A stretch of DNA of 32,000 bases, taken from Synechococcus elongatus PCC 6301 (GTDB taxonomy: Bacteria > Cyanobacteriota > Cyanobacteriia > Synechococcales > Synechococcaceae). This document shows, piece by piece, positions 1 to 8,751 of the stretch (position 1 is the stretch's first letter; each line of letters starts with the position of its first letter). Location: NCBI RefSeq assembly GCF_000010065.1, contig NC_006576.1:1620001-1652000 (forward strand), read 5' to 3'. Below the pieces are notes generated by a model, which saw only the letters and a program-made list of their open reading frames with translations, ran no database searches and was not told the DNA's origin. The position numbers were made by a program, and so were the translations under genes.

Positions 1-773
1 TTGAACTCCCGCGGAATCAGCTGCCCGTAGTTGGGATATTGGCCATCCAATGTCCGGCTCGTTAGGTACTGGTCGCCCCACTGGAAGACAGTCTGACCTT
101 GGTCATGATAAAGCGCGATCGCCTCGTCACTGCCGCGAATCGCGATCATCCGCTCTAGGTCCCGTAAGGCCCGCGAAGGCACCGTCACAGCAAACTCAGT
201 AGCTGGAGTTGCTGCGGCATTCTCGGTTTTAACCACAGCCAAGCGGTGACCGTCCGTCGCTGCAAACTCTAGGCCATCGGGTTGTACCTTGAGGTGGACG
301 CCCGTCAGGATTTGCTTGGTTTCATCCCCACTAGTCGCAAACAGGGTGCCACGCAGCCCTTCGATCAAAGCGCTGGCGGAGAGTTGTAGAGCTTCTTGGC
401 TCTGAACCAGAGGCAACTCAGGAAATTCATCGGCACTGATCCCCCGCATTTGGTACTGGCCAGACCCCACTGACAGAGTCGCCGCTGCATCGTTGTCTTC
501 CAGCGTGACGTCGCTGTCGTTGGGGAGGCGCGAAACGATATCGTTGAGCAGCTTGGCCGGTAGAGTGATGGCACCGCTCCGTTCGACTTGCGCGGCAAAG
601 CTGGTTTGAATTCCGAGGCTGAGATCAAAGGCGGTTAAGCTCAGTCGTTGAGTACCGGCATCAGCCGCTAGAAGCACGTTGGCAAGCACCGGATGATTCG
701 GGCGGGAAGGTACAGCACGGCTAACGAGCGACAGACTGGTATTCAGTTCGTTTTGGCGACAGACCAACTTCAT
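1..773 (-). CDS. dnaN: DNA polymerase III beta subunit (sliding clamp), N-terminal part; C-terminus lies beyond the left edge
   Basis: Open minus-strand frame from ATG at 773 to base 1: MKLVCRQNELNTSLSLVSRAVPSRPNHPVLANVLLAADAGTQRLSLTAFDLSLGIQTSF...LPAKLLNDIVSRLP...GTLFATSGDETKQILTGVHL...ATDGHRLAVV. This is typical DnaN. It is absent from the supplied ORF track because it has no stop inside the window. Confidence 0.96.
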   Translation of the reverse strand, partial: MKLVCRQNELNTSLSLVSRAVPSRPNHPVLANVLLAADAGTQRLSLTAFDLSLGIQTSFAAQVERSGAITLPAKLLNDIVSRLPNDSDVTLEDNDAAATLSVGSGQYQMRGISADEFPELPLVQSQEALQLSASALIEGLRGTLFATSGDETKQILTGVHLKVQPDGLEFAATDGHRLAVVKTENAAATPATEFAVTVPSRALRDLERMIAIRGSDEAIALYHDQGQTVFQWGDQYLTSRTLDGQYPNYGQLIPREF

Positions 774-869
774 GGGGGGAGGCTGCCCGAGCCTTTGATC
801 GCAATCTTGCCAAAGCATCGTAGCACTGCTCTTCCACAAGGATTTTTGACGGTGCGATTACTAGATCGG

Positions 870-1094
870 ATCTCTTTTTTAATTTTTAGATCAGTAGTAG
901 TAGGGGCTGTGGAAAATGTGGAAAAGATCCTGGAAAGCTTTCATAGCAAGACTTTCAGCGATCGACCCCTGTGGAAAAGCTGTGGAAAAACTAAGAGGGT
1001 TTTCCACAGGGGGGATCAAGGGGGGTTCCTTTCTCCACAGACTGAAGGGGTTTTCCACAAGAAATCCACAGGTTTTTCCACAGAGTTATCCACA
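870..1094. other. Putative chromosomal replication origin (oriC): DnaA-box cluster with adjacent AT-rich tract
   Basis: TGTGGAAAA at 908-916, 917-925, 970-978 and 981-989; TTTTCCACA at 1000-1008, 1051-1059 and 1074-1082; TTATCCACA at 1086-1094; near matches TTCTCCACA 1031-1039 and AAATCCACA 1062-1070. AT-rich TTTTTTAATTTTTA at 875-888. Lies directly upstream of dnaN. Confidence 0.92.
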
Positions 1095-1098
1095 GACT

Positions 1099-1737
1099 TT
1101 GCAGGCGATTATTTTTGATTTTGATGGAACTTTAGTAGATTCTCTGCCTACTGTAGTTGCAATCGCTAATGCTCATGCCCCGGATTTTGGTTATGACCCG
1201 ATCGATGAGCGTGACTATGCGCAACTGCGTCAGTGGTCTTCCCGCACGATCGTGCGGCGTGCGGGTCTGTCACCTTGGCAGCAGGCGCGGTTACTCCAAC
1301 GGGTGCAACGCCAGCTAGGGGATTGTCTACCGGCGCTGCAGCTCTTTCCTGGGGTTGCAGACCTCTTGGCTCAACTGCGATCGCGATCGCTCTGTCTTGG
1401 GATTCTTAGCTCCAACAGTCGGCAGAACATCGAAGCCTTTTTGCAACGACAAGGTCTGCGATCGCTGTTCTCTGTCGTTCAAGCTGGAACGCCCATTTTG
1501 AGTAAGCGTCGGGCTCTCAGTCAGTTGGTGGCTCGCGAGGGCTGGCAGCCAGCAGCTGTGATGTATGTCGGCGATGAAACCCGCGATGTGGAAGCTGCTC
1601 GTCAGGTGGGTCTGATTGCTGTGGCCGTGACTTGGGGCTTTAACGATCGCCAAAGCCTGGTCGCGGCCTGTCCTGATTGGCTACTAGAAACTCCCTCAGA
1701 CCTATTGCAAGCTGTGACGCAACTGATGCGACAGTAG
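1099..1737 (+). CDS. HAD superfamily hydrolase, phosphoglycolate phosphatase-like
   Basis: QAIIFDFDGTLVDS (motif I), LGILSSNS (motif II), MYVGDETRDVEAARQVG (motif IV). I prefer a TTG start at 1099; the tracked ORF from 916 would translate through the DnaA boxes. Confidence 0.8.
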   Translation: MQAIIFDFDGTLVDSLPTVVAIANAHAPDFGYDPIDERDYAQLRQWSSRTIVRRAGLSPWQQARLLQRVQRQLGDCLPALQLFPGVADLLAQLRSRSLCLGILSSNSRQNIEAFLQRQGLRSLFSVVQAGTPILSKRRALSQLVAREGWQPAAVMYVGDETRDVEAARQVGLIAVAVTWGFNDRQSLVAACPDWLLETPSDLLQAVTQLMRQ

Positions 1738-1795
1738 GGACGTTGTTGTGGGTGGTGCAGTAAATTGGGCAGGTTGGAAAATGACCAAAAGTTAA

Positions 1796-1824
1796 GTCCT
1801 GATCCTTGGTCAAAGAATCAGGAC
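1796..1824. terminator. Possible terminator hairpin between convergent HAD gene and thrC
   Basis: GTCCTGAT ... ATCAGGAC, 8-bp stem with a partly pairable interior, followed by AAAAA on plus and by TTAACTTTT when read on the minus strand. Confidence 0.4.
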
Positions 1825-1857
1825 AAAAAGGCGAAGGTTGCGTAGAAGAAATTGGAA

Positions 1858-2958
1858 TTAAAAGCCCATGGTGTGAGCCACGATATCTAAATCAGGCTCA
1901 ATTCCAGCTTTGAAACCTGTGTGGCTAAATTCGATCGCACTGCTGGGATCCTTGAGGCCATTACCAGTCAGAACGCAGACGATCGTAGCGCCGTCTGGGA
2001 TTTCATCTTTGCACTTCAGCATGCCAGCGACGGAAGCTGCACTGGCAGGCTCACAGAAGATACCCTCCTGACCAGCCAGCATGCGATAGGCATCAAGAAT
2101 TTCAGCATCGGTCACTGCATTGAAGGCACCATTACTTTCCTCATGCACTCTGAGGGCACGTTGCCAGTTCGCTGGATTACCAATCCGAATTGCTGTTGCG
2201 ATCGTATCGGGCGATTGCACAATTTCTCCGGTGACTAGAGGCGCTGAACCCGCCGCTTGAAAACCCATCATGCGGGGCAGTTTTTGGCTCAACCCCTTAG
2301 CATGATATTCCTGAAAGCCCATCCAATAGGCACTGATGTTGCCTGCATTGCCCATGGGAATACAGAGCCAATCGGGGGCTTCGCCGAGCACATCAATCAA
2401 CTCAAAGGCAGCTGTTTTTTGCCCTTCTAAACGATAGGGATTGAGCGAGTTAACGAGGGTGACTGGGTACTGGTTAGCGACTTCGCGAACGATTTCGAGA
2501 GCTCGATCGAAGTTGCCTTTGATCGCCAGCACTTCTGCCCCGTAGAGCAGGGCTTGGGCTAGCTTGCCTTGGGCAACAAAACCATCCGGAATCAAGACAA
2601 AAGCACGCAGGCCGCCACGTCTTGCGTAGGCTGCTGCCGCCGCCGAAGTGTTGCCAGTACTGGCGCAGATAACCGCTTTTGCACCCGCTTCTTTGGCCTT
2701 GGTGATCGCCATCGTCATCCCACGATCTTTAAAGCTGCCTGTGGGATTGAGGCCATCATATTTGACGAAAACTTCCACGCCGCGACCAATTTCACGGGCG
2801 ATCGTCGGCACAGGAATCAAGGGCGTATTACCCTCGTGCAGCGTGACGATCGGCGTCGTGTCGGTGACGGGGAGGTAGTCGCGGTAGGCTTCGATCAGTC
2901 CGGGCCAACCGTGGGCACGGCTTTGGGGTTGGGCTTCAGACGGATACGTTGCGGTCAC
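1858..2958 (-). CDS. thrC: Threonine synthase
   Basis: 366 aa PLP enzyme: [53 protein letters not shown] start at 2958. Confidence 0.93.
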   Translation of the reverse strand: MTATYPSEAQPQSRAHGWPGLIEAYRDYLPVTDTTPIVTLHEGNTPLIPVPTIAREIGRGVEVFVKYDGLNPTGSFKDRGMTMAITKAKEAGAKAVICASTGNTSAAAAAYARRGGLRAFVLIPDGFVAQGKLAQALLYGAEVLAIKGNFDRALEIVREVANQYPVTLVNSLNPYRLEGQKTAAFELIDVLGEAPDWLCIPMGNAGNISAYWMGFQEYHAKGLSQKLPRMMGFQAAGSAPLVTGEIVQSPDTIATAIRIGNPANWQRALRVHEESNGAFNAVTDAEILDAYRMLAGQEGIFCEPASAASVAGMLKCKDEIPDGATIVCVLTGNGLKDPSSAIEFSHTGFKAGIEPDLDIVAHTMGF

Positions 2959-3085
2959 GAGTACTCTGGATGGGAAGGGTTCGCGATGGCTGCAAGGGAG
3001 CGCGATCGCGCCTCACCCGTGGTAAGCCATGACTCAGTTTACCGTGCTCCCTTCGCTCCTCAATGATGAGACTTCGGCTAGGTTC

Positions 3086-3793
3086 ATGTTGCGTGTTTTA
3101 GTCGCCCATGGCAGTCGCGATCCGCGGTCGGCGATCGCATTGCAGCAATTGGCCACCGACCTCACGCCTCTGCTAGGAACTACGCCCGCGATTGCTTTTT
3201 TGGAAGGCCCTCATCCGCCCCTAGCCGACCAGATTGTGCAGTTGGCTCAGCAGGCTAAAACTCAGGGTGCGATCACGGTTCGGGTTTATCCCCTGTCTCT
3301 GCTGGCAGGCACCCACACCACAGAGGATTTGCCGGCAGCGATCGCCACCGCTCAAACGCAGATCCCTTTGCCCGTTGAACTGCAGCCCGCCTGGGGTGAA
3401 TCGGACAGTCTGCGCAGTCTGCTGCGATCGCAAGTCACCCCCGCAACTGAAACGTGGCTGTTAGCTCATGGCAGTCGTCGCCCTGAAGCCAATCAGCAAA
3501 TTGAACAATTGGCGGCTGAATTCGGCTGGCCTGCAGTGTTTTGTCGAGCAGAACCGCTGCTGAACGATCGCTTGGCTCGCACCCAGCCCCAACGCCTCTT
3601 GCCCTTGTTGCTTTTTCCGGGGCCGATTTACGACAGTGTGCAAGCACTTTGTGAAGCGGCTGATGCCTCTGCTTGCTTGGCACCCCCGCTGAGCCAATGG
3701 CCCCGGTTCTTAGAGGCAATTGCCCAGTGGCTCCAATTTGATCTTGCTATCAGCGATAATCGAGCCTCGACCCCTTCTCGTTTTCCACAGTAG
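3086..3793 (+). CDS. CbiX/SirB-like sirohydrochlorin chelatase family protein
   Basis: MLRVLVAHGSRDPRS near the N-terminus and a second WLLAHGSRRPEANQQI repeat, the duplicated CbiX chelatase signature; lies next to cobA. Tracked ORF begins at 3029; ATG at 3086 preferred. Confidence 0.82.
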   Translation: MLRVLVAHGSRDPRSAIALQQLATDLTPLLGTTPAIAFLEGPHPPLADQIVQLAQQAKTQGAITVRVYPLSLLAGTHTTEDLPAAIATAQTQIPLPVELQPAWGESDSLRSLLRSQVTPATETWLLAHGSRRPEANQQIEQLAAEFGWPAVFCRAEPLLNDRLARTQPQRLLPLLLFPGPIYDSVQALCEAADASACLAPPLSQWPRFLEAIAQWLQFDLAISDNRASTPSRFPQ

Positions 3794-3835
3794 CCTGGGG
3801 AAATTGGGGAGAAAATCTGCCACTCACCTCCGACA

Positions 3836-4633
3836 TTGACCCTGATTTCTTCTGTTACAAAAGGCAAAGTTTATCTAGTGGGTGCTGGCCCTGGCGATCC
3901 GGGTCTGTTGACCTTGCGAGGCAAAGCATTACTAGAAGCTGCTGAGGTGGTTGTTTATGACGCCTTGGTCAGTGATGCAATCTTGTCTTTAATCAATCCC
4001 AAGGCAGACAAAATTCATGCCGGTAAACGGCGTGGACAACACTCACTGTTGCAAACTGAAACAACCCAGTTACTGATTGAAAAGGCTCAGCAACAAGCGG
4101 TTGTGGTGCGCTTGAAAGGTGGCGACCCGTTTGTGTTTGGTCGGGGGGGTGAGGAGATGGCCGACCTCCAAGCAGCAGGCATTGCAGTGGAGGTGGTTCC
4201 CGGCGTGACGGCAGGGGTGGCGGTGCCAGCCTACGCTGGCATTCCCATTACCCACCGCGATCGCAGTTCCAGCGTCACGTTTGTGACTGGTCATGAAATG
4301 GCGGGCAAGTATCGCCCCAGCATTGCTTGGGAGGCGATTGCCCGGGGCAGCGAAACGATTGTGATCTACATGGGCCTGCACAATCTGGCTCTGATCATTG
4401 AGCAGTTGCAGACCGCAGGCTTACCCGGCATAACCCCGATCGCCTTGATTCGTTGGGGTACGCGACCGGAGCAGGAAGAACTGTTTGCCACGCTAGAAAC
4501 CGTTGTGGCAGCCGTTGCCGAACGTCAATTTCAAGCACCCGCGATCGCGGTCATCGGTCAGGTTGTCAGCCTGAGTCCGTTGCTGCCGCCGACAATGATG
4601 ACAGCGAGCGATCGCGGACTACCGACGGCCTAA
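3836..4633 (+). CDS. cobA: Uroporphyrinogen-III C-methyltransferase
   Basis: VYLVGAGPGDPGLLTLRGKALL, YDALVS, VVRLKGGDPFVFGRGGEE, VVPGVTAGVAVPAYAGIPITHR, the classic SUMT motifs. Confidence 0.93.
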   Translation: MTLISSVTKGKVYLVGAGPGDPGLLTLRGKALLEAAEVVVYDALVSDAILSLINPKADKIHAGKRRGQHSLLQTETTQLLIEKAQQQAVVVRLKGGDPFVFGRGGEEMADLQAAGIAVEVVPGVTAGVAVPAYAGIPITHRDRSSSVTFVTGHEMAGKYRPSIAWEAIARGSETIVIYMGLHNLALIIEQLQTAGLPGITPIALIRWGTRPEQEELFATLETVVAAVAERQFQAPAIAVIGQVVSLSPLLPPTMMTASDRGLPTA

Positions 4634-5166
4634 TTACTGCCGCCCGACCCGAGTGATCGAATCAGCGCTTCAAGGTCGCCGACTTGAGCAATCAACCCCA
4701 GTAGCGAATCCACATTGACCCGCATGTTGGTGGGATAGTTCTCTAGCAGTTCAACGGGAGAAATTTGACCATCCTTCGACAAGGAAAGCAGAATGGCGGC
4801 TCGCAGTGCTTGGCGTCCATCCTGGTTAGAAACCCGTGGAGCGACGATTGTCCCAGCGCGATCGAGTAGGCCTGTCCCTAGGCTGCTGTAGAGCAGATCG
4901 CTGGCCTGGACAAGGCTAAAGGGAAAGCTGAGATTCAGAAACCGCTGTAGCTGTTGGGGATCCTGATTGCCAAGCTTCAAAATGGTGCCGAGAAATCCCC
5001 GGGCTTCGCCGGTCTCTGCTAGGTGTTTCAGGTCTGCGACATCAATGGATCGGTTCCAAGGACCGTAGATGAGCGTTACGGTTTCTGCAGCCTTTCCGGG
5101 AATGGCACTGGCGAACAGTACAGCGAGACCCGAGAGAACAGCAGTGAGCGAGCGGCGCATGGGCAA
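4630..5166 (-). CDS. Secreted or exported DUF1400-type protein (the domain usually found N-terminal to cyanobacterial alpha/beta hydrolases)
   Basis: Signal-peptide-like start MPMRRSLTAVLSGLAVLFASAIPGKAAE, then ETVTLIYGPWNRSIDVADLKHLAETGE...; family assigned from recall. Confidence 0.6.
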   Translation of the reverse strand: MPMRRSLTAVLSGLAVLFASAIPGKAAETVTLIYGPWNRSIDVADLKHLAETGEARGFLGTILKLGNQDPQQLQRFLNLSFPFSLVQASDLLYSSLGTGLLDRAGTIVAPRVSNQDGRQALRAAILLSLSKDGQISPVELLENYPTNMRVNVDSLLGLIAQVGDLEALIRSLGSGGSN

Positions 5167-5361
5167 AACTCACGAAAGCTTAGACGTAGTGTGCCATCGC
5201 TCTCCAGAAAACTCTGTATCCTGTCGGAAATTGCAGTAAATCAACGCTTCTGGGGCGATCGCGGCTTTTCTGTTCTCTGTTATGCCCCTGCAAAACAGCG
5301 CAGAACCAATTGATCGCCACCAACTGAGGAGGCGATCGCCGAGGGCATAGAGCGTAGGTAT

Positions 5362-5682
5362 TTAGGGCGCTGGTGTAAAAGAATTGCCCGTATTGCGCTG
5401 GCGCACTTGCTCTAGCTGCTGCCGACGGAATTGAGCGGCTTCACGGTCAATATTTTGGCTTTGCTCTTGCAGCGACCAATTAGGATTGCCATCCGCCGCT
5501 TGTTGGAGTCGCTGAAAGATGCTGAAGGCATCGGTGGGCTGACGACTGGCAGGATTACTTGGATCGTTGTTGGGTGTAAATGTGGTGCCGCTGCCAACGG
5601 GAGCAAACTGCGCCTGAGCAAAGGGAGCAACGCAGAGGCCAAGGCAACCGCCAAGGAGAAGAGAGGCTAGCGATCGCTTCAT
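5362..5682 (-). CDS. Small exported hypothetical protein
   Basis: ATG at 5682 gives MKRSLASLLLGGCLGLCVAPFAQAQFAPVG... (signal peptide with AQA cleavage site) and a charged Q/R-rich C-terminus. Tracked ORF extends to 5808. Confidence 0.6.
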   Translation of the reverse strand: MKRSLASLLLGGCLGLCVAPFAQAQFAPVGSGTTFTPNNDPSNPASRQPTDAFSIFQRLQQAADGNPNWSLQEQSQNIDREAAQFRRQQLEQVRQRNTGNSFTPAP

Positions 5683-5782
5683 AACCGTTAAGAATGAGTC
5701 GGATGACGCTCTTATCCTAGCGGACGCAGGGATCCATGAACCGCGATAGATTGGGCTGCGTCCTGCTTCTGTCTCGATCGCT

Positions 5783-6580
5783 ATGCGTATTGCCACCTGG
5801 AACGTCAATTCGGTTCGCAGTCGTCTCGAACATCTCCAGCGTTGGCTAACGGATCAGACCCTTGATATCGTCTGCCTCCAAGAAACAAAGGTAGTGGATG
5901 AGCAGTTTCCCTTGGAGCCTCTGCAAGCTCTGGGCTATCACTGCGCGATCGCGGGTCAAAAGTCTTACAACGGTGTGGCGATTCTTAGTCGACAACCCCT
6001 CGCAGATGTGCAAATTGGTTTTGGTGCCGTTTTGGGAGCAGAAGCCGTCGGGGATTTAGATGAGCAAAAGCGTGTGATTTCTGGCCGATCTGGGGATTTA
6101 CGGATTATCAATCTCTACGTGCCGAATGGCTCAGAACTTGGCAGCGAGAAGTATGACTACAAGCTGCGCTGGCTGACCTGCCTGCAGCAATACTTGACGG
6201 TCTTGGGCGATCGCGAAAGCCAAATCCATATCTGCGGCGATTTCAATATCGCCCTGGAAGATCGCGATATTTACGATCCAGCGGGCAAAGAAACGCACAT
6301 TATGTCGTCGCCGACAGAACGGGAGGCCTTGCGCCAGTCGGTGCTTTCCCTCGGCTTTGTCGATGCTTTTCGGCTGTTCGAAGCCGGTGCGGATCAGTTT
6401 AGCTGGTGGGACTACCGCACCGGGGCGTTCCGACGCAATCGCGGCTGGCGCATCGATCATCACTACCTCTCGGAGTCAGCCAAGGCACGGGCGATCGCCT
6501 GTCACATCGACCGCGAGCCGCGCACTTGGGAGAAACCCAGCGACCACACCCCTGTGGTTCTCGAACTGGCGGATGAATGA
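5783..6580 (+). CDS. xthA: Exodeoxyribonuclease III
   Basis: MRIATWNVNSVRSRLEHLQRWL, DIVCLQETKVVDEQFP, YVPNGSELGSEKYDYKLRWL, CGDFNIALEDRDIYDP, SDHTPVVLEL. Confidence 0.94.
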   Translation: MRIATWNVNSVRSRLEHLQRWLTDQTLDIVCLQETKVVDEQFPLEPLQALGYHCAIAGQKSYNGVAILSRQPLADVQIGFGAVLGAEAVGDLDEQKRVISGRSGDLRIINLYVPNGSELGSEKYDYKLRWLTCLQQYLTVLGDRESQIHICGDFNIALEDRDIYDPAGKETHIMSSPTEREALRQSVLSLGFVDAFRLFEAGADQFSWWDYRTGAFRRNRGWRIDHHYLSESAKARAIACHIDREPRTWEKPSDHTPVVLELADE

Positions 6581-6666
6581 GGGCTAGCTAGGAGAGGCAA
6601 TCGCGCCGGTAGGATAGAACAGTCGCCCGCCCTTGGTTGAGGCGTCCCTTAATCCTTGTGCCCCTC

Positions 6667-8481
6667 ATGGTTCAATCTGCTCCGTCGACCGAAGCCATTC
6701 AGCTGCCGAAAACTAGCGAGTCTGCGCAACTCAAGCGCATTCGACACACAATGTCGCATGTGATGGCAATGGCCGTCCAAAAGCTATTTCCCAAGGCACA
6801 AGTCACGATTGGCCCTTGGACGGAGACAGGGTTCTACTACGACTTCGATACGCCAGAACCGTTCACCGAAGCCGATCTCAAGGCCATCAAAAAAGAGATG
6901 GTCAAGATCATTCAGCAAAAGCTGCCGGTCGTTCGTGAAGAAGTTAGTCGAGAAGAAGCCCAGCAGCGGATTGAGGCGCTGGGTGAACCCTACAAGCTGG
7001 AGATTCTGCAGGGCTTAACTGAGCCGATCACGCTCTATCACTTAGGCGATCGCTGGTGGGATCTCTGTGCAGGGCCGCACGTTGAGACCACGGCTGAACT
7101 CAATCCCAAGGCCTTTGATCTGGAATCCGTGGCAGGTGCCTACTGGCGCGGTGATGAAACCAAAGCACAACTGCAGCGGATTTATGGCACCGCCTGGGAA
7201 ACGCCAGAGCAATTGACCGAATACAAGCGCCGCAAAGAAGAAGCGCTCAAACGCGATCACCGCAAGCTGGGGCGGGAGTTGGGCCTGTTCCTGTTTGCCG
7301 ATCCCGTCGGCCCCGGCCTGCCCTTGTGGACGCCCAAAGGCACGATTCTGCGATCGACCTTGGAGGATTTCCTCAAGCAGGAACAAATGAAGCGTGGCTA
7401 TCAATCAGTCGTCACGCCCCATTTGGCGAGAGTCGACCTCTTTAAAGTTTCAGGGCACTGGCAAAACTATCGGGAAGATATGTTCCCGATGATGGCTGAG
7501 GATGATGAAGCCCGTGGGCTGGAGCAAGGCTTTGTACTCAAGCCCATGAATTGCCCGTTCCATATTCAGATCTATAAAAATGAACTGCGCTCCTATCGCG
7601 AACTCCCGATTCGTTTAGCGGAATTTGGTACCGTATATCGCTACGAACAATCGGGTGAACTGGGCGGCCTAACGCGTGTGCGCGGCTTTACCGTCGATGA
7701 TTCACACCTCTTTGTTCGCCCCGATCAGCTGGCGTCTGAGTTCTTGAGCGTTGTCGATCTCATTCTGTCTGTCTTCAAGGCGCTCAATCTCAAAAAGTTC
7801 AAGGCTCGCCTCAGTTTCCGCGATCCCGAGTCCGATAAATATATTGGCTCGGATGATGTCTGGGAAAAAGCAGAGTCTGCAATTCAAGCGGCCGCTGAGA
7901 CGCTGGGAATGGACTACTTTATTGGCGTTGGTGAAGCTGCTTTTTATGGTCCAAAACTCGACTTTATTTTTCAAGATGCCCTTGATCGTGAGTGGCAGCT
8001 AGGCACTGTTCAGGTCGACTATAATCTACCGGAACGGTTTGACTTGGAATATGTGGCAGAGGATGGCAGCCGACAGCGTCCTGTGATGATTCATCGTGCA
8101 CCGTTCGGGTCGCTAGAGCGCTTAATTGGCATTCTGATCGAAGAATACGCTGGTGATTTTCCGCTGTGGCTAGCGCCTGAACAAATCCGACTGTTGCCTG
8201 TCACTGAAACGGTTCTTGATTACTGTCAACAGGTTGCTGATCAACTGCGAGCGATCGGTGTTCGAGTGCAGGTCGATTGCAGTGGCGATCGCCTCGGTAA
8301 ACTAATTCGCAATGCTGAGAAGGCCAAGATTCCAGTCATGGCAGTGATTGGTGCTCAAGAGGCAGAGTCAGAAACTCTGAGTATTCGTACAAGAGCGACC
8401 GGTGATCTTGGCAGCCTAACGGTAGCTGATTTAACCAAACGCCTGTCATCTGCGATCGCAGAAAAATTACCGCATCTTTAG
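6667..8481 (+). CDS. thrS: Threonyl-tRNA synthetase (form lacking the N-terminal TGS domain)
   Basis: RIRHTMSHVMAMAVQKLFP, KPMNCPFHIQIYKNELRSYRELPIRLAEFGTVYRYEQSGELGGLTRVRGFTVDDSH, HRAPFGSLERLIGILIEEYAG. Confidence 0.95.
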   Translation: MVQSAPSTEAIQLPKTSESAQLKRIRHTMSHVMAMAVQKLFPKAQVTIGPWTETGFYYDFDTPEPFTEADLKAIKKEMVKIIQQKLPVVREEVSREEAQQRIEALGEPYKLEILQGLTEPITLYHLGDRWWDLCAGPHVETTAELNPKAFDLESVAGAYWRGDETKAQLQRIYGTAWETPEQLTEYKRRKEEALKRDHRKLGRELGLFLFADPVGPGLPLWTPKGTILRSTLEDFLKQEQMKRGYQSVVTPHLARVDLFKVSGHWQNYREDMFPMMAEDDEARGLEQGFVLKPMNCPFHIQIYKNELRSYRELPIRLAEFGTVYRYEQSGELGGLTRVRGFTVDDSHLFVRPDQLASEFLSVVDLILSVFKALNLKKFKARLSFRDPESDKYIGSDDVWEKAESAIQAAAETLGMDYFIGVGEAAFYGPKLDFIFQDALDREWQLGTVQVDYNLPERFDLEYVAEDGSRQRPVMIHRAPFGSLERLIGILIEEYAGDFPLWLAPEQIRLLPVTETVLDYCQQVADQLRAIGVRVQVDCSGDRLGKLIRNAEKAKIPVMAVIGAQEAESETLSIRTRATGDLGSLTVADLTKRLSSAIAEKLPHL

Positions 8482-8751
8482 CAGGTTTGAGAGAGTTGAT
8501 TAGTAGTCACTTGTAAGGAGCTTCTCCAAGGGGTGCTCTCTGCGGCTACGTATTTTCTCATTAGAATCTCGATGTTCCTAGATTGATAATTGAAAGGGGT
8601 GACAGAGAACTGTAGCGAGTTGAGATAACCTAAATCGCGATAAGAACAGTCAAACTTTGTTAAGGGATTATAAATATGTAGAACTGGGTAACACACAATC
8701 TGTCTTAGAGGCTGCACACTGATAACACTAGATTGCCACAGTGTCAAAAGC

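Noticed and set aside
365-628. 87-aa minus-strand ORF
   Set aside because: Alternate frame inside dnaN; the true dnaN frame is the open one starting at 773.
892-903. CAGTAGTAGTAG considered as a microsatellite only
   Set aside because: It is too short to be a meaningful microsatellite; its position and polarity next to the DnaA boxes make the DnaA-trio reading more informative.
693-1118. 141-aa plus-strand ORF across the dnaN start and DnaA boxes
   Set aside because: It is antisense to the dnaN N-terminus and translates repeated DnaA boxes (HRSTALPQ..., KKSTGFSTELST); no recognisable domain.
2569-3066. 165-aa plus-strand ORF
   Set aside because: Antisense shadow of thrC with no domain similarity that I recognise.
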